Origin: a virus
Lineage: Duplodnaviria; Caudoviricetes
DNA length: 64,000 nt
Strand: one strand, 5' to 3'
Virus record (IMG/VR): IMGVR_UViG_3300033067_001757
Span: 64,001-128,000 of that record
The position numbers and the translations under genes are program-made. This document shows, one piece after another, positions 25,913-36,430 of this stretch (positions within the stretch are counted from its first letter, which is position 1; each line of letters starts with the position of its first letter). Below the pieces are notes generated by a model. That model was not told the DNA's origin. It was given only the letters and a program-made list of their open reading frames with translations, and searched no databases.

Positions 25913-26535
25913 TTAAATGATGTAGTGTTCAAACGCTTTATACATTTGAGCAGGTATAGTATTATAACTTCTTTGGAAACGATCCGGAGCCAATGACCAT
26001 ATTTCATATTTGGAATATATGCGATTATACCATTTTCGCTTTAGTTCACAGTACATAATTCCATAGAAATATGTATTAGATTTCTTTTTGTATCGGTATA
26101 TGTCTACCGGGAGTTTATATTTATGTATTTTTTTTATCGCTCTTTTTCACAATCAAGTTCCAAAGCAACTACTAATTCCCTACTCTTTTTAATTTGACCC
26201 GGTGTTAATTCTACTCTATGGTCAAGCCATTCAAAAAAATTATTTAAACCATGTCCACATCTGTTCCAAAAAGTTTTATCTTCCAGGAATTGATCCATAT
26301 GACACGATTCATGTATCAATAGACCCATCCATTTTGTAATGTCTTTATCGTATACAGAAATAGCCATTTCTCTTAAATCTGATGAAAAATACCCAACACT
26401 ACCAATAAGGTCCGAAGGATCACTATAAACCAGAGATTGATCTGTAACTCGTATGTTTATATTGTTATCTGATGCCTTTTTTATTGTATCATCAACAAAC
26501 TTTGTATATGATTTAGGATAAGTTGGTAACTGCAT
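25913..26535 (-). pseudogene. HExxH metallopeptidase-like gene broken by a 1-nt frameshift in an A-run
   Basis: LLIHESCHMDQ...ELDCEK, then an open -1 frame RAIKKIHKYKLPVDIYRY...FEHYII* that fills the gap to 25913. Confidence 0.65.
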
Positions 26536-26537
26536 AA

Positions 26538-26573
26538 ATAAAAAAGTTCTACATATATAAATATTGTAGAACT
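26538..26573 (-). terminator. Terminator-like hairpin after the tail tube gene, with the late motif in its loop
   Basis: Inverted repeat AGTTCTACA (26545-26553) / TGTAGAACT (26565-26573), followed on the minus strand by a T-run. Confidence 0.6.
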
Positions 26574-26597
26574 CTTAAATAAAAATTTGGAAATGTC

Positions 26598-27086
26598 TTA
26601 GAAATTGTTTATTTGACCACTATTTGCAATAGTCAATTCCATCGTACTAAAAGCATCTGCAGACCAATCAAATTCAGGCCCGAATGCAAATGTTTTAACA
26701 TACGCTTTTTTAATAATCCATTCGCCGACCACTGAACCTACGGGATCAAGTACTCTGAAAGTTAAATCTTTCCAGTAAAAATCGGCGTAACCAGCACGAC
26801 CTGTAACAACTTCATATCCTAACCGTGCCCACTCCATAACCGCCTGGGCACCAGATGGTGCAACCGGGTTATATAGACTAAGGGTAATATCGTTCCAGCG
26901 CCTTTTAGCTCTGGTTTTGAAGTAAGTATTAATATGATCTATAACTACCTCACCGTCATCAAAACCAATACCTCCGACTTTCTTAATAAGGTAAGAAGGT
27001 ATCCCATCAATATACATGATGAACCTGTGTTGAAGAATTGGATCAAATACTGTGTTGTCTAATTCATTAGGGTCTAATATCGGCAT
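26598..27086 (-). CDS. Tail tube protein (T4 gp19-like)
   Basis: RFIMYIDGIP, WNDITLSLY.P..PSGAQAVMEW, TGRAGYADFY and LDPVG.VV.EW; directly downstream of the sheath gene. Confidence 0.9.
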   Translation of the reverse strand: MPILDPNELDNTVFDPILQHRFIMYIDGIPSYLIKKVGGIGFDDGEVVIDHINTYFKTRAKRRWNDITLSLYNPVAPSGAQAVMEWARLGYEVVTGRAGYADFYWKDLTFRVLDPVGSVVGEWIIKKAYVKTFAFGPEFDWSADAFSTMELTIANSGQINNF

Positions 27087-27119
27087 TCTATTGTGTTTGT
27101 ACTATTATAAATATCAATC

Positions 27120-29366
27120 TTAATTAAAAGTCACTCCGCTACCGTTGATAGAGAAACTCAACAGTATAAACTCAATCGTTTTAGTCGGTGACAGGTAAAT
27201 GTTTACCACCAGTTGGTTACGATCTATCACGTCCGAAGTATTGTTTGAATCGTCGACCTGAACACGGTAAGCGTACAGACCTTGCTTCTGTTTTACATTC
27301 TCCATGAATGGATTCAGTATGTTTCTCAGCTTGATCTGTGTATTGTTGGTATTCTGTTCGAAAACGAACGCATTAGAAGCGTTTACAACGAATGATCTCA
27401 GCGCGATGAGTAAACGGCGTACATTGATACGGTTAAGCGCTGTATCAGCCACTTGCAATGTCTTCTGACCAAATATTGATACACCATTGTTATTGGATTT
27501 GATCAACGGATTGATACGGGCTTGGTAAAGAGTATCTCTATCAGCTTTGTACAATCTGTATTTGGTATCAATAGCTCCACCAAGACCACCACGACCTATG
27601 CCTGCAGGTGCAAACCAAGGTTCGGCCACTGCATCATTGTATGCATATGCCTGTGGAACGATAACTGAAGGTGGAATAAAGATTGATTTATTACTTCCAA
27701 TGTCTTTAACGAGTACCCACGGATGATATGTTGCACTATAATTAGAATCAAGACCAGCAGCAGTAGCCACAGCGGTAGCGATTGTCTCATTAGGCCCGGT
27801 TAAATCTCTGATATAAACAGCATCGGTACGATTTTCACACATTGTTTCTGCAAGAGCAGTTACAGCAGAGTGATATTGTTCAATTATACCTGGTAAAGTC
27901 AGCAACCCGAATGAATATGCTTCCGGATTAGATAATATATTGATTGCTTTTTGATATGCTGCGGTTCCACCTGTTGTACTTGTCGATAAATCGAATCCAA
28001 ATACGTTAGTACCATTAGCCAGTATCTTTTCACCAATCTTTTTGATCACCGCGAAGTTTGTACCATCTGTACCACCCTGGAACGGTATAGTAAATTTGTT
28101 CTCATTCGTTGTTTTGGTGAAAGGAACGTTACTACCGGTACCCGCTTCGGTTGGGATTGGGTTAAGATAGTTTGTATTGTCGCTATTAGCGAAATTGAAA
28201 CCTGAATATGTTGTTGAGCTCGTTGTACTGAATACAAATGAAGCACTTGGTAGTGTGTATCCTGAAAAACCAGCAATAGGTTCATATATAGCTTCGAAAC
28301 CAACCGGAATAAGGTTAGGAGTCACGGAACCAGCTTCTACTCCACCGTCTATTTCTACACGAACGTATTTAGAGATGTTTGGATAGTAACCGTGATCAAG
28401 AACTCTTAACAGAGTCTCATCATAGTCGCTATATTTGTCACCGATTTTCTTACCGATGTAATTAGCAGCATCCGGATCAAGACTCACACCTGAATATTGT
28501 TCAATTACAGAAGGAGTTCGATCTGTATCGTTCCATGCTCTTACGAGAATATCGAATGTTGAGTAAATACTTGAGTCAGTATTCTTTGAAATATTTGCAA
28601 TGGATATCTTAATATCCTTATTTGTCTTAAACCCATGTGAACGGTGTACAAATCTGAATAATCTTACACCGCTATCGGATAATATCCACGGAGTTTTAGC
28701 AGCATCGTAACCTTCAGCGTATGAACTGGTGAACGTTATAGCTGAACCATTGAATATCAATGATCCGCTGGCAGAAGCTGCCGGTGTAACGGATCCTGTG
28801 AAGTAATTTGCAAAATGTATGTAAGGATATGCGCTTGAAGTAGCATAATTCTCATCAGTACCAATCATTTTCAACAAATAGTTGTTATCTGTCGGTGACA
28901 ATGACGCTGAAATAATCCTTGTAGTAATCTGACTACCACTTAATGTGAGTACGAAGTTATTGAAAGCACTTGCTGATGGTATAGATGAACTATTCAGTGC
29001 AGCGGTTGCAGCATTGTCGTTCTTTGAAGGGAATAAAACAGATATAATCTTAGAACCGCTTACAATTGCTGCTACTTTACGGGTAGTATTGAATACAAAC
29101 CCACCGTTACCCAATACTCTGGTAACTTTTGCAGTGCTGCCAGCTTGTAAATAATTATAAACAGCCTGTGGAACATAAGTTTCACCGGTATTTGTACCAA
29201 ACTTAGACACGAAATCGGCATAAGATGTCACATCCGTAGGAACGTATGCTGCACCTTTTTCAGTTGGGCCAACGATAGCCAAACCTGTAGCGACCTGACC
29301 TGGTGGTATATATGATTGGTCAATTTCTGATGAATAGACACCCGGGCTTAAGATTTGTTCTGTCAT
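27120..29366 (-). CDS. Tail sheath protein (T4 gp18-like)
   Basis: SPGVYSSEID, WFAPAG..RG, INP, FGQKTLQ..TALNRINVRRLL and FEQN. Confidence 0.93.
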   Translation of the reverse strand: MTEQILSPGVYSSEIDQSYIPPGQVATGLAIVGPTEKGAAYVPTDVTSYADFVSKFGTNTGETYVPQAVYNYLQAGSTAKVTRVLGNGGFVFNTTRKVAAIVSGSKIISVLFPSKNDNAATAALNSSSIPSASAFNNFVLTLSGSQITTRIISASLSPTDNNYLLKMIGTDENYATSSAYPYIHFANYFTGSVTPAASASGSLIFNGSAITFTSSYAEGYDAAKTPWILSDSGVRLFRFVHRSHGFKTNKDIKISIANISKNTDSSIYSTFDILVRAWNDTDRTPSVIEQYSGVSLDPDAANYIGKKIGDKYSDYDETLLRVLDHGYYPNISKYVRVEIDGGVEAGSVTPNLIPVGFEAIYEPIAGFSGYTLPSASFVFSTTSSTTYSGFNFANSDNTNYLNPIPTEAGTGSNVPFTKTTNENKFTIPFQGGTDGTNFAVIKKIGEKILANGTNVFGFDLSTSTTGGTAAYQKAINILSNPEAYSFGLLTLPGIIEQYHSAVTALAETMCENRTDAVYIRDLTGPNETIATAVATAAGLDSNYSATYHPWVLVKDIGSNKSIFIPPSVIVPQAYAYNDAVAEPWFAPAGIGRGGLGGAIDTKYRLYKADRDTLYQARINPLIKSNNNGVSIFGQKTLQVADTALNRINVRRLLIALRSFVVNASNAFVFEQNTNNTQIKLRNILNPFMENVKQKQGLYAYRVQVDDSNNTSDVIDRNQLVVNIYLSPTKTIEFILLSFSINGSGVTFN

Positions 29367-29460
29367 TTGATTATTAAAAAATTATGAGGAAAAGTGTATT
29401 TAACTATAAATAAATATCATGTGGTATGTGTAGAAAAATATCGTTATTGATAGCTTACGA

Positions 29461-31302
29461 TTAAAAAAATGCTGCCCAGGATGATCCATTATGAAAATAT
29501 GGCTTAGCTGTACCCGAACTTCCAGATACCGCAATCATCCCTAATCGTCCTGTTGGTAATGGATTTGAAGGTTTCAATAATAAGAAACTTGCTATTTCGG
29601 CAGAACCACTGATACTTAAACTTCCACTTATAAAAGATGATCCTGATATACTAAAACTGGCTGATTGAATAGCAGATGATTGATTTCTGATGGTAACAGA
29701 AGGATTATCTGACACAAGAGTAGAAACAGTTGACGAACCTATATAAAATTTATAGGAGCTCCCGGCTATCGGTTTAAAATTACTTCCACCGAGTTTAAAA
29801 TTTACAGAATCAACAAGAGTAGTATTTGCGGTGTTGAAATTAGCGATTATTTCCTGGCCACCGATACCGTTTAAAAATCCTGTAAAATTTGTAGCAGATG
29901 TATCATTAAAAGATATCACATTAGAACCGCTGACATCTTGTGTTGTTGCACCGTCAATTTTAGATGCTATTGAGTTCACAAATGGAATACCGACAGGCTT
30001 AAACTGCAACGATGATAACACAGCATAATGATCATCATCAGCATGGAATCTCAAACCAGGTGAAGAAGTATTTAATCTGGTAATTAAACTACCGCTATGA
30101 TCAAAAGAACTATTAGAAAATACTATATTTGTCAACGGTTGGAACAAAACATCCTCAGCAAATTCTGCAATTACTTTTCTATAATTATGAGTAGGTACAT
30201 CATCACCATAATCTCCGAATATCACTCTGGGTCTATATCTCAGATTATTATTATTTGAAGGGGCCATATTCTCAAGAAATGACCAGCTAACTCCACCGTC
30301 TGTTTGAATGCTGGAAGTATGAACAGGGCGAGTCGCACCGGTAGTTCCTGTGGTAGTAGCTCTGTAATATGAATACTCATTTACAATGATTTCACCGGTA
30401 GTAGTTGGACGCCCCGAATACCAATAACATAGATCTGCCCCACTCATACTATAAAATAATCCACCGTTATGATCAACAGGTACATTAAAATTCTGAGGTT
30501 GTAGATTGGCAATAGTCATTGCCTTATAAGTATTGTTCAGGAACGTGAACTCTATAGGTTGCCACGCTCCGGCAAAGTTTCCTTGATTTTTTGAATTTAT
30601 ACGATATACACCGGTACCGTTGTAACCACCATCATTCGCATAAAAACCACCGTCTCTATAATCTAATTGTCCTTCAGCGATCGTACTCTCAATATCATCC
30701 ATCCCAATTTTTAATGCTGAATATTGACCACCTGGATAAGGAGTGTTTGGATATTTACCTTTAGGCATGATATACAACGCCGCGTTCTTTGCATTCTTAA
30801 ATCCTCTCATTGTAATATGAGAATCACCTAAACCTGATGGTAGTTCTATTGTTGTGGATGTACCATAAGAAAAACTACCACTATTACCATCAAATATAAT
30901 CACATCATCAAGTTTATTATCGGCTATACTTTCTCTGTCATACATAACTCCTGAAGGAATATATATGGACTTCTTACCGTTGTCAAGTACTGTACTGAGT
31001 ATATTTGTATTCTGTAGAGAAGTTTTTCCGATACCAGCCCCCGAAAGTCTTAGATCATAAAATACTGCTTCGGTAGCATAAGTAGCTGAACCTGATACTG
31101 ATCCTGTAATTCCTCCGGCAACATTCAAATTCCTCTTGATATATACCTGATCAGTTCCTTGTACACTTCCTGTACCGATTGTCAATGATCCTGATACTAA
31201 AAGATCAACACTGGAACTATGAGTAAAAGCATTTATCAATTGAGAAACGTCTGAAGCTAAAACAACGTTACCAGTAACTATATTGGATTTATTTAAAGGC
31301 AT
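29461..31302 (-). CDS. Tail fibre / tailspike-like protein
   Basis: Virion-type N-terminus, SGS-rich segments and a YRATTTGTTG..P.H.....DGGV.W module. Confidence 0.6.
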   Translation of the reverse strand: MPLNKSNIVTGNVVLASDVSQLINAFTHSSSVDLLVSGSLTIGTGSVQGTDQVYIKRNLNVAGGITGSVSGSATYATEAVFYDLRLSGAGIGKTSLQNTNILSTVLDNGKKSIYIPSGVMYDRESIADNKLDDVIIFDGNSGSFSYGTSTTIELPSGLGDSHITMRGFKNAKNAALYIMPKGKYPNTPYPGGQYSALKIGMDDIESTIAEGQLDYRDGGFYANDGGYNGTGVYRINSKNQGNFAGAWQPIEFTFLNNTYKAMTIANLQPQNFNVPVDHNGGLFYSMSGADLCYWYSGRPTTTGEIIVNEYSYYRATTTGTTGATRPVHTSSIQTDGGVSWSFLENMAPSNNNNLRYRPRVIFGDYGDDVPTHNYRKVIAEFAEDVLFQPLTNIVFSNSSFDHSGSLITRLNTSSPGLRFHADDDHYAVLSSLQFKPVGIPFVNSIASKIDGATTQDVSGSNVISFNDTSATNFTGFLNGIGGQEIIANFNTANTTLVDSVNFKLGGSNFKPIAGSSYKFYIGSSTVSTLVSDNPSVTIRNQSSAIQSASFSISGSSFISGSLSISGSAEIASFLLLKPSNPLPTGRLGMIAVSGSSGTAKPYFHNGSSWAAFF

Positions 31303-31326
31303 TTATTGAGTATTTGTATATAAATA

Positions 31327-32292
31327 TCATGGAAGAACAATAGGAGTCGATGTTGGGTAAGTGATAGTACCATAAAATGCTACCGCATTTGTGCTTGCTC
31401 CGGATATAAGAATCACATATCCGTTATCAGCCGAATTTACAGCTATTGCCACCTTTGAGTTATTTGCTACGGGATTAGTAACATTTGATGTAAAACCACC
31501 TGCTCCATAAAACAATACTTCATTGGCGGTACCAAAACCTGCTGGCTCATAAGGTACAGGACTACCGGATGGTAATGGTATTGACGCAAGTGTTACACCG
31601 ATTCCTGGTCCCGAATATCTTAAATTAAAAACCAAAGATGACATATTACCAACTCTTGTCCACTGAAAAGTATTATTCGTACTACCGCTGGGAGCAGCCG
31701 TGGCAGTATATGCAATTGTTCCGCTGTAAGCAGATGATGATACTTCAGAGAAAACTAATCCGGCAATCGAGGCACTGACTGATCTGAGACTGGAGCTTGT
31801 TGATAATATTCGAGTATCAAGTGATGAACTTGCTATGTAATAAGATGATGTGAAAATATTATAGCTGGAACTCAACCAAAACAAAGAAGAAGAGTCGTTG
31901 GATATTCTGGAATTAAATGAGGCCGAATCAGTTAAATATGATGATGTAAGCAAATATTTCGATTCGCTTTGGTAAACATTATTGATACGTAGATCAAATG
32001 AAGCAGAATCCGTCTTATAACTACCGGTTGATGTATTAAAGTTTATTATCTGAACGAGACTCGACGTATTAAAATATGATGCAGTAAGAGCATAGCTTGC
32101 TGATAATGCGTATGACGCTGACTGAGCATAAGAACTACTTAATGAACTGGTATTATTTATACCAGTAAGTCCCGAACCATCCCCGTAATAAGTCATGGCC
32201 CTAACGACAGAAGCCGAAACAAATGTTTCAGCTTTTACCGATTTATAATATGCGTCAGCATCCCTTCTGTTTAATCCTGTGAATCCGGACAT
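31327..32292 (-). CDS. Tail fibre protein with SASYA / DSASF repeats
   Basis: YYGDGSGLTGI, repeated SASYA and DSASFxxRI, and a C-terminal WTRVGN..LP head domain. Confidence 0.65.
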   Translation of the reverse strand: MSGFTGLNRRDADAYYKSVKAETFVSASVVRAMTYYGDGSGLTGINNTSSLSSSYAQSASYALSASYALTASYFNTSSLVQIINFNTSTGSYKTDSASFDLRINNVYQSESKYLLTSSYLTDSASFNSRISNDSSSLFWLSSSYNIFTSSYYIASSSLDTRILSTSSSLRSVSASIAGLVFSEVSSSAYSGTIAYTATAAPSGSTNNTFQWTRVGNMSSLVFNLRYSGPGIGVTLASIPLPSGSPVPYEPAGFGTANEVLFYGAGGFTSNVTNPVANNSKVAIAVNSADNGYVILISGASTNAVAFYGTITYPTSTPIVLP

Positions 32293-32298
32293 CTGATA

Positions 32299-34146
32299 TT
32301 AGTTTGTTTCCAATATTACCACTTTCAATGTACTGTTTATAGTGAATGATGTTCCGGTTACTTTGATATCCTTGATAACAAATTTCTTTGTGTTACCACC
32401 GGTTATCGTAGTGTTTCCGATAGTGATAGTACCCGATTCATCATAATACGTAACAGTAACCGTTGTAAACGGATTCTCGGCTACGAACATTGCGTTCTTG
32501 AAAGTCTTGGCCCATTGACCATAACTGTCTGTTCTATTCCCAACTCTCCAGTATGATTGTTGAGCATCTGGATTAACCAGGTGTAATCTTCTTTCATATG
32601 GCCCTGCAAGCAAATCAACTCCGTAATCGTCTTTATTAAGACTATCGGGTATGTTGAGCGCACCCTGTGGTGCCATGAAAGCTTCTATTGCTTTCTGCCG
32701 GGCCGGGTTGATATTCTTCGCTAATAACTGAGATTTAAGAAATTGTCCATTAGCATTATTAGGTAAAAGCTTTATCTGTGCATTGTAATTGACCAACGTT
32801 ACAGGGTTTACTACCACTCCATATTTTGCGACAGGAAACCTTATAGTATCAGCAACATCTATGGCATCATGTATATAGGAGATTCCACCGGTGCCGACAG
32901 TATATTTATTGAATAATCTCATTGAGATAATGTTTCCATCATTGATGCTGGTGCAAAAAATATCTATACCGAGACCCATTGATTTCATAGGCAACGCAGC
33001 ATTTGTTCGCTGATCGTATGAAGAGTAACGTTGCATCATGGAGCCATCAGTCTCAGTACGAGACCAGGGTTTTTTGATTGTAGCAGTCACTTTACTACCG
33101 TCATAGTCTATTGGCGTGTGACCACCATTACCCTCTTTGATCCCGTCGTTTGGATAATTCTTCATTACATAATCCAGGTCTGAATAATCATTCCCCACAT
33201 TGAAAATGATCGGCCATGGGGAAATACTCTTTATCAACGCCCACAATTTATATCTAAAAGTTTTCCACTGATCGTCTGAAATATTATATTTTGGATCAAG
33301 CGGATCAGCTTTATATGGTTTAATATCACCCGTTGATCCCTCAGCCATATTCCAATACACAACAATATCACCATAGCCAGCATCAATTATATGCTGCTTT
33401 ATTTTCCTGTAAGCAGTATCCATCAACTTCATATAGATTGGATTCATATAGTCTGGATATAATGTCTCCTGGAACGCAGAATTAGTACCGGTAGGTTTTT
33501 TGGTATTTACTTTTGCTATGTTATATGGTGCCAGATAAAAGAAATCAGGTACACTCGGGCCTGTGAATATTTGTATACCAGCTTTTATACCACCTGTTTT
33601 ACAAGCAGCAAGTTCCTCATCGAGTGATGTCCAGTTCCACATTTCAGGTGTAATCCATATTTCAGATAAGTCCGTTGAAATGTTTGCACCTTTCAGATCG
33701 GGAAAAAGAGTCTGTACATTCTTTAGTGTTGTACGTCCATAGTTAAAGTATCCTACTGATGTTGGTTGAGAGATTATTACTTTTGGTATGATAGAATCGC
33801 ACCAACCTTTAGTGATATCATAGTGTGATGAAAACGATGTGTCTATACTAAAAAGAATATAAACAGGAGTATAAACCGTATCAAATTTTATATACCACTG
33901 ATATTTTCCGATTCGCGGATTTATCTCTGCTCTCGGTCTTTCTGTAAGCTTTCCATTTATTAATAATGGTTTCTGAACAGTATCAAAATTGTATTTGTAT
34001 GACGTATCGGGAACCGTTATCTGAACTGTGCATGGTACTTTAACTGTGTCGGATTGTGATATAGGAATTATGTTCCCTTTTGTGGTAGTTTGAGCAAAAG
34101 TTACTGTGCTGAATATAAGCATCAGTATGAAAAATATATTTTTCAT
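32299..34146 (-). CDS. Secreted glycoside-hydrolase-like (TIM-barrel) protein with Sec signal peptide
   Basis: MKNIFFILMLIFSTVTFA|Q signal; WNWTSLD...G...P, YPDY and AEGSTGD; paralog of 60611..62497. Confidence 0.6.
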   Translation of the reverse strand: MKNIFFILMLIFSTVTFAQTTTKGNIIPISQSDTVKVPCTVQITVPDTSYKYNFDTVQKPLLINGKLTERPRAEINPRIGKYQWYIKFDTVYTPVYILFSIDTSFSSHYDITKGWCDSIIPKVIISQPTSVGYFNYGRTTLKNVQTLFPDLKGANISTDLSEIWITPEMWNWTSLDEELAACKTGGIKAGIQIFTGPSVPDFFYLAPYNIAKVNTKKPTGTNSAFQETLYPDYMNPIYMKLMDTAYRKIKQHIIDAGYGDIVVYWNMAEGSTGDIKPYKADPLDPKYNISDDQWKTFRYKLWALIKSISPWPIIFNVGNDYSDLDYVMKNYPNDGIKEGNGGHTPIDYDGSKVTATIKKPWSRTETDGSMMQRYSSYDQRTNAALPMKSMGLGIDIFCTSINDGNIISMRLFNKYTVGTGGISYIHDAIDVADTIRFPVAKYGVVVNPVTLVNYNAQIKLLPNNANGQFLKSQLLAKNINPARQKAIEAFMAPQGALNIPDSLNKDDYGVDLLAGPYERRLHLVNPDAQQSYWRVGNRTDSYGQWAKTFKNAMFVAENPFTTVTVTYYDESGTITIGNTTITGGNTKKFVIKDIKVTGTSFTINSTLKVVILETN

Positions 34147-34168
34147 ATTATAAATTCTAATTTTATAT

Positions 34169-35722
34169 TTATAAACTTGTTATTGTTTCCCACACAGCTC
34201 CGGTATAGATACATAACTTATGTAATGTTAAATCGTACACAATTAGTCCCTCGGCTGGAGAGGTAATTGCATTTTTTTGCGTAGTTGTCATCCGTGGAAA
34301 CAGAAATCCTTGGGTAGTACTTGTAACATCAACGATTGATGTGGCTGCAGGTGTTGGTGTACCAAAACCTACTCGACCATCCGCTTTAAATGTTACTCTA
34401 TCTAATTCTGTTGCTAATGTTGTTCCTGTAGAACCGGTATTTGCTCCTCTTATCACAACATCTCCTGTACTTCCGGTACCTGTACCAAGACCACCTACCA
34501 GATATAAGTTACTTCCAGAAATATCTGTACCACTTCCGATTACCGCCCTAATTGTTCCTGGTATTGTTGTTGCCAACGCATTACCATAAGCGGTGGGTAA
34601 GTTGTTATTTATAACCGTTAAACCATTTGTAGTCGCTGAAATGTTTGTAAAAAAAGTAACGTTCGGATAATTTCTCCCATATATCATACCTCCACCTCCA
34701 TTCATTCCAACTGATATGGAAGCGGCAACTAAACCAGGAAATCCAGTACCATTGTTAGAAGCTATAGTTATTGTTCCACCATTTCCGGTTATAACAGCGG
34801 TAGGTGCCGATCCTAAACCGGCTGCTGTAACTTTAAATCCAGAAATACCTGCAACTTGTGCATCAATCAAATTACCAGTAAATCCACTAGCCGCATTTAC
34901 ACCAAAACCTGATCCAGACGGATTCCATCCTGTTGATGTTGTACCCGCTGGTTCTATTAGAAATAATGGCTTTGTAGTAGTAGATGAACCACTTGAATAC
35001 CATGATCCTGAGAATACTGCTACAGGAGTACTAACTCTACCGTTCCCAGTCGATATCAATGTTCCATCAAATCGCGATGAACCAGACACAAGTAATGCAT
35101 AACTTGAACTCACACTACCAGATGGAACACCATCAATATAAACAGTCGCACATAAAGATGCTGTACCAGCCGTTTCTACTATGGTAAATGGCTTAAACGC
35201 TGCTGATGCAACTATAGGACATTGACCCGGTGTAGTGATTGTAATTGATGAAGTGGCCACCATAAATAATGCCCCGGCGGAACCACCGCCTAAAGTCACA
35301 GTCCGGCTTCCTATACTCATATTGAAAGCTGTAGCATTTGTGCTTCCACACATTTGATATCCTAAAACTGCGGTTGATGCAAAACCTGTATTAAATGGGT
35401 GTGTTACAGTACCGTAAGTAAACGTACCCGCTGAAGTAATTGTTAAATTAGCAGCAACTGTTACCAACTGATTGAAGTTAAATCCACCACCGATAGTTAA
35501 TGTTGATGAAACTCCTGTAAGAGTTATTCCAATACCGTTAGACACAGTCAATCTCCCGGTCGAATCAACAGTAAACTGTGTAGGGCTATTAGGTTTATTC
35601 GGATTGAATATTCGCAATTGCTCAGTGAGACCAGTAAGCGTTACCCTCTGATTAAATGTCTTTCGCCCCTGAACTAGCTCGTATCCTGATGGAACACCAT
35701 TAAATAATTCACTATGTGTCAT
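34169..35722 (-). CDS. Tail fibre protein
   Basis: G/T/S-rich beta-repeats, GRVGFGT.TP and TTQGFLFPRMTTTQKNAI.SPAEGLIVYD module. Confidence 0.7.
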   Translation of the reverse strand: MTHSELFNGVPSGYELVQGRKTFNQRVTLTGLTEQLRIFNPNKPNSPTQFTVDSTGRLTVSNGIGITLTGVSSTLTIGGGFNFNQLVTVAANLTITSAGTFTYGTVTHPFNTGFASTAVLGYQMCGSTNATAFNMSIGSRTVTLGGGSAGALFMVATSSITITTPGQCPIVASAAFKPFTIVETAGTASLCATVYIDGVPSGSVSSSYALLVSGSSRFDGTLISTGNGRVSTPVAVFSGSWYSSGSSTTTKPLFLIEPAGTTSTGWNPSGSGFGVNAASGFTGNLIDAQVAGISGFKVTAAGLGSAPTAVITGNGGTITIASNNGTGFPGLVAASISVGMNGGGGMIYGRNYPNVTFFTNISATTNGLTVINNNLPTAYGNALATTIPGTIRAVIGSGTDISGSNLYLVGGLGTGTGSTGDVVIRGANTGSTGTTLATELDRVTFKADGRVGFGTPTPAATSIVDVTSTTQGFLFPRMTTTQKNAITSPAEGLIVYDLTLHKLCIYTGAVWETITSL

Positions 35723-36195
35723 TAAAAATCTCCTGCTTTTGTAACAACACTCATTCTATCTTGTACACCAGCGAATATAGATTGAGTAACCTTTATTTTA
35801 TAACCAGCATTTACTATCAAACCACCATTATTACCAATTGATACTACTGTACCGGCGGTATTCGTATAAGTTCCATTGACAAAATCAAAAAATCCATATG
35901 CACCCGCTACAGTATTAGAAGCTGCCACACTTGTGATAACACCTTCCGCAATTAAACCTATATTAGCATCCGATGCATCTGTTACCCATATCCTGGCAAC
36001 CATGGTACCCGATAAAGCCGCAGCTGTAGCCTGAGCTGAGGTCCATCTGATCCAATCTACACGGGTACCATTAGTACCTGCGGTAAGTAATGTAACTAAT
36101 GTTCCAGAACCATCTCTGGCTGTATTAGCTGCTGCAATAACTGCGGCTGGACAATTGGGTACTAATGGAAATATTGGTGAAGTATTCGCGGCCAT
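35722..36195 (-). CDS. Tail fibre-associated structural protein
   Basis: MAANTSPIF...ANTARDGSGT...AGTNGTRVD; lies in the fibre cluster. Confidence 0.55.
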   Translation of the reverse strand: MAANTSPIFPLVPNCPAAVIAAANTARDGSGTLVTLLTAGTNGTRVDWIRWTSAQATAAALSGTMVARIWVTDASDANIGLIAEGVITSVAASNTVAGAYGFFDFVNGTYTNTAGTVVSIGNNGGLIVNAGYKIKVTQSIFAGVQDRMSVVTKAGDF

Positions 36196-36197
36196 TC

Positions 36198-36425
36198 TTA
36201 GCTAGCTTTTAATTGAAAGAATAATAATATGCACATCAACGCGTTATCGACACTTACTCCTTTAGCTGTTGCTGATTGAATATATTGATCAATCGACTCA
36301 TAGGTAGAATTGACCATTGTAAGTAGTCCTTCTTTGGTTTTTTGGCATTCAGGAGTATTAGCATACATTTCACATGCTATCGATGTCAACAGATTATCAA
36401 TCTGACTTTGGTATTGTAGTTCCAT
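36198..36425 (-). CDS. Hypothetical protein
   Basis: 75-aa ORF packed in the fibre cluster. Confidence 0.55.
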   Translation of the reverse strand: MELQYQSQIDNLLTSIACEMYANTPECQKTKEGLLTMVNSTYESIDQYIQSATAKGVSVDNALMCILLFFQLKAS

Positions 36426-36430
36426 TATGA

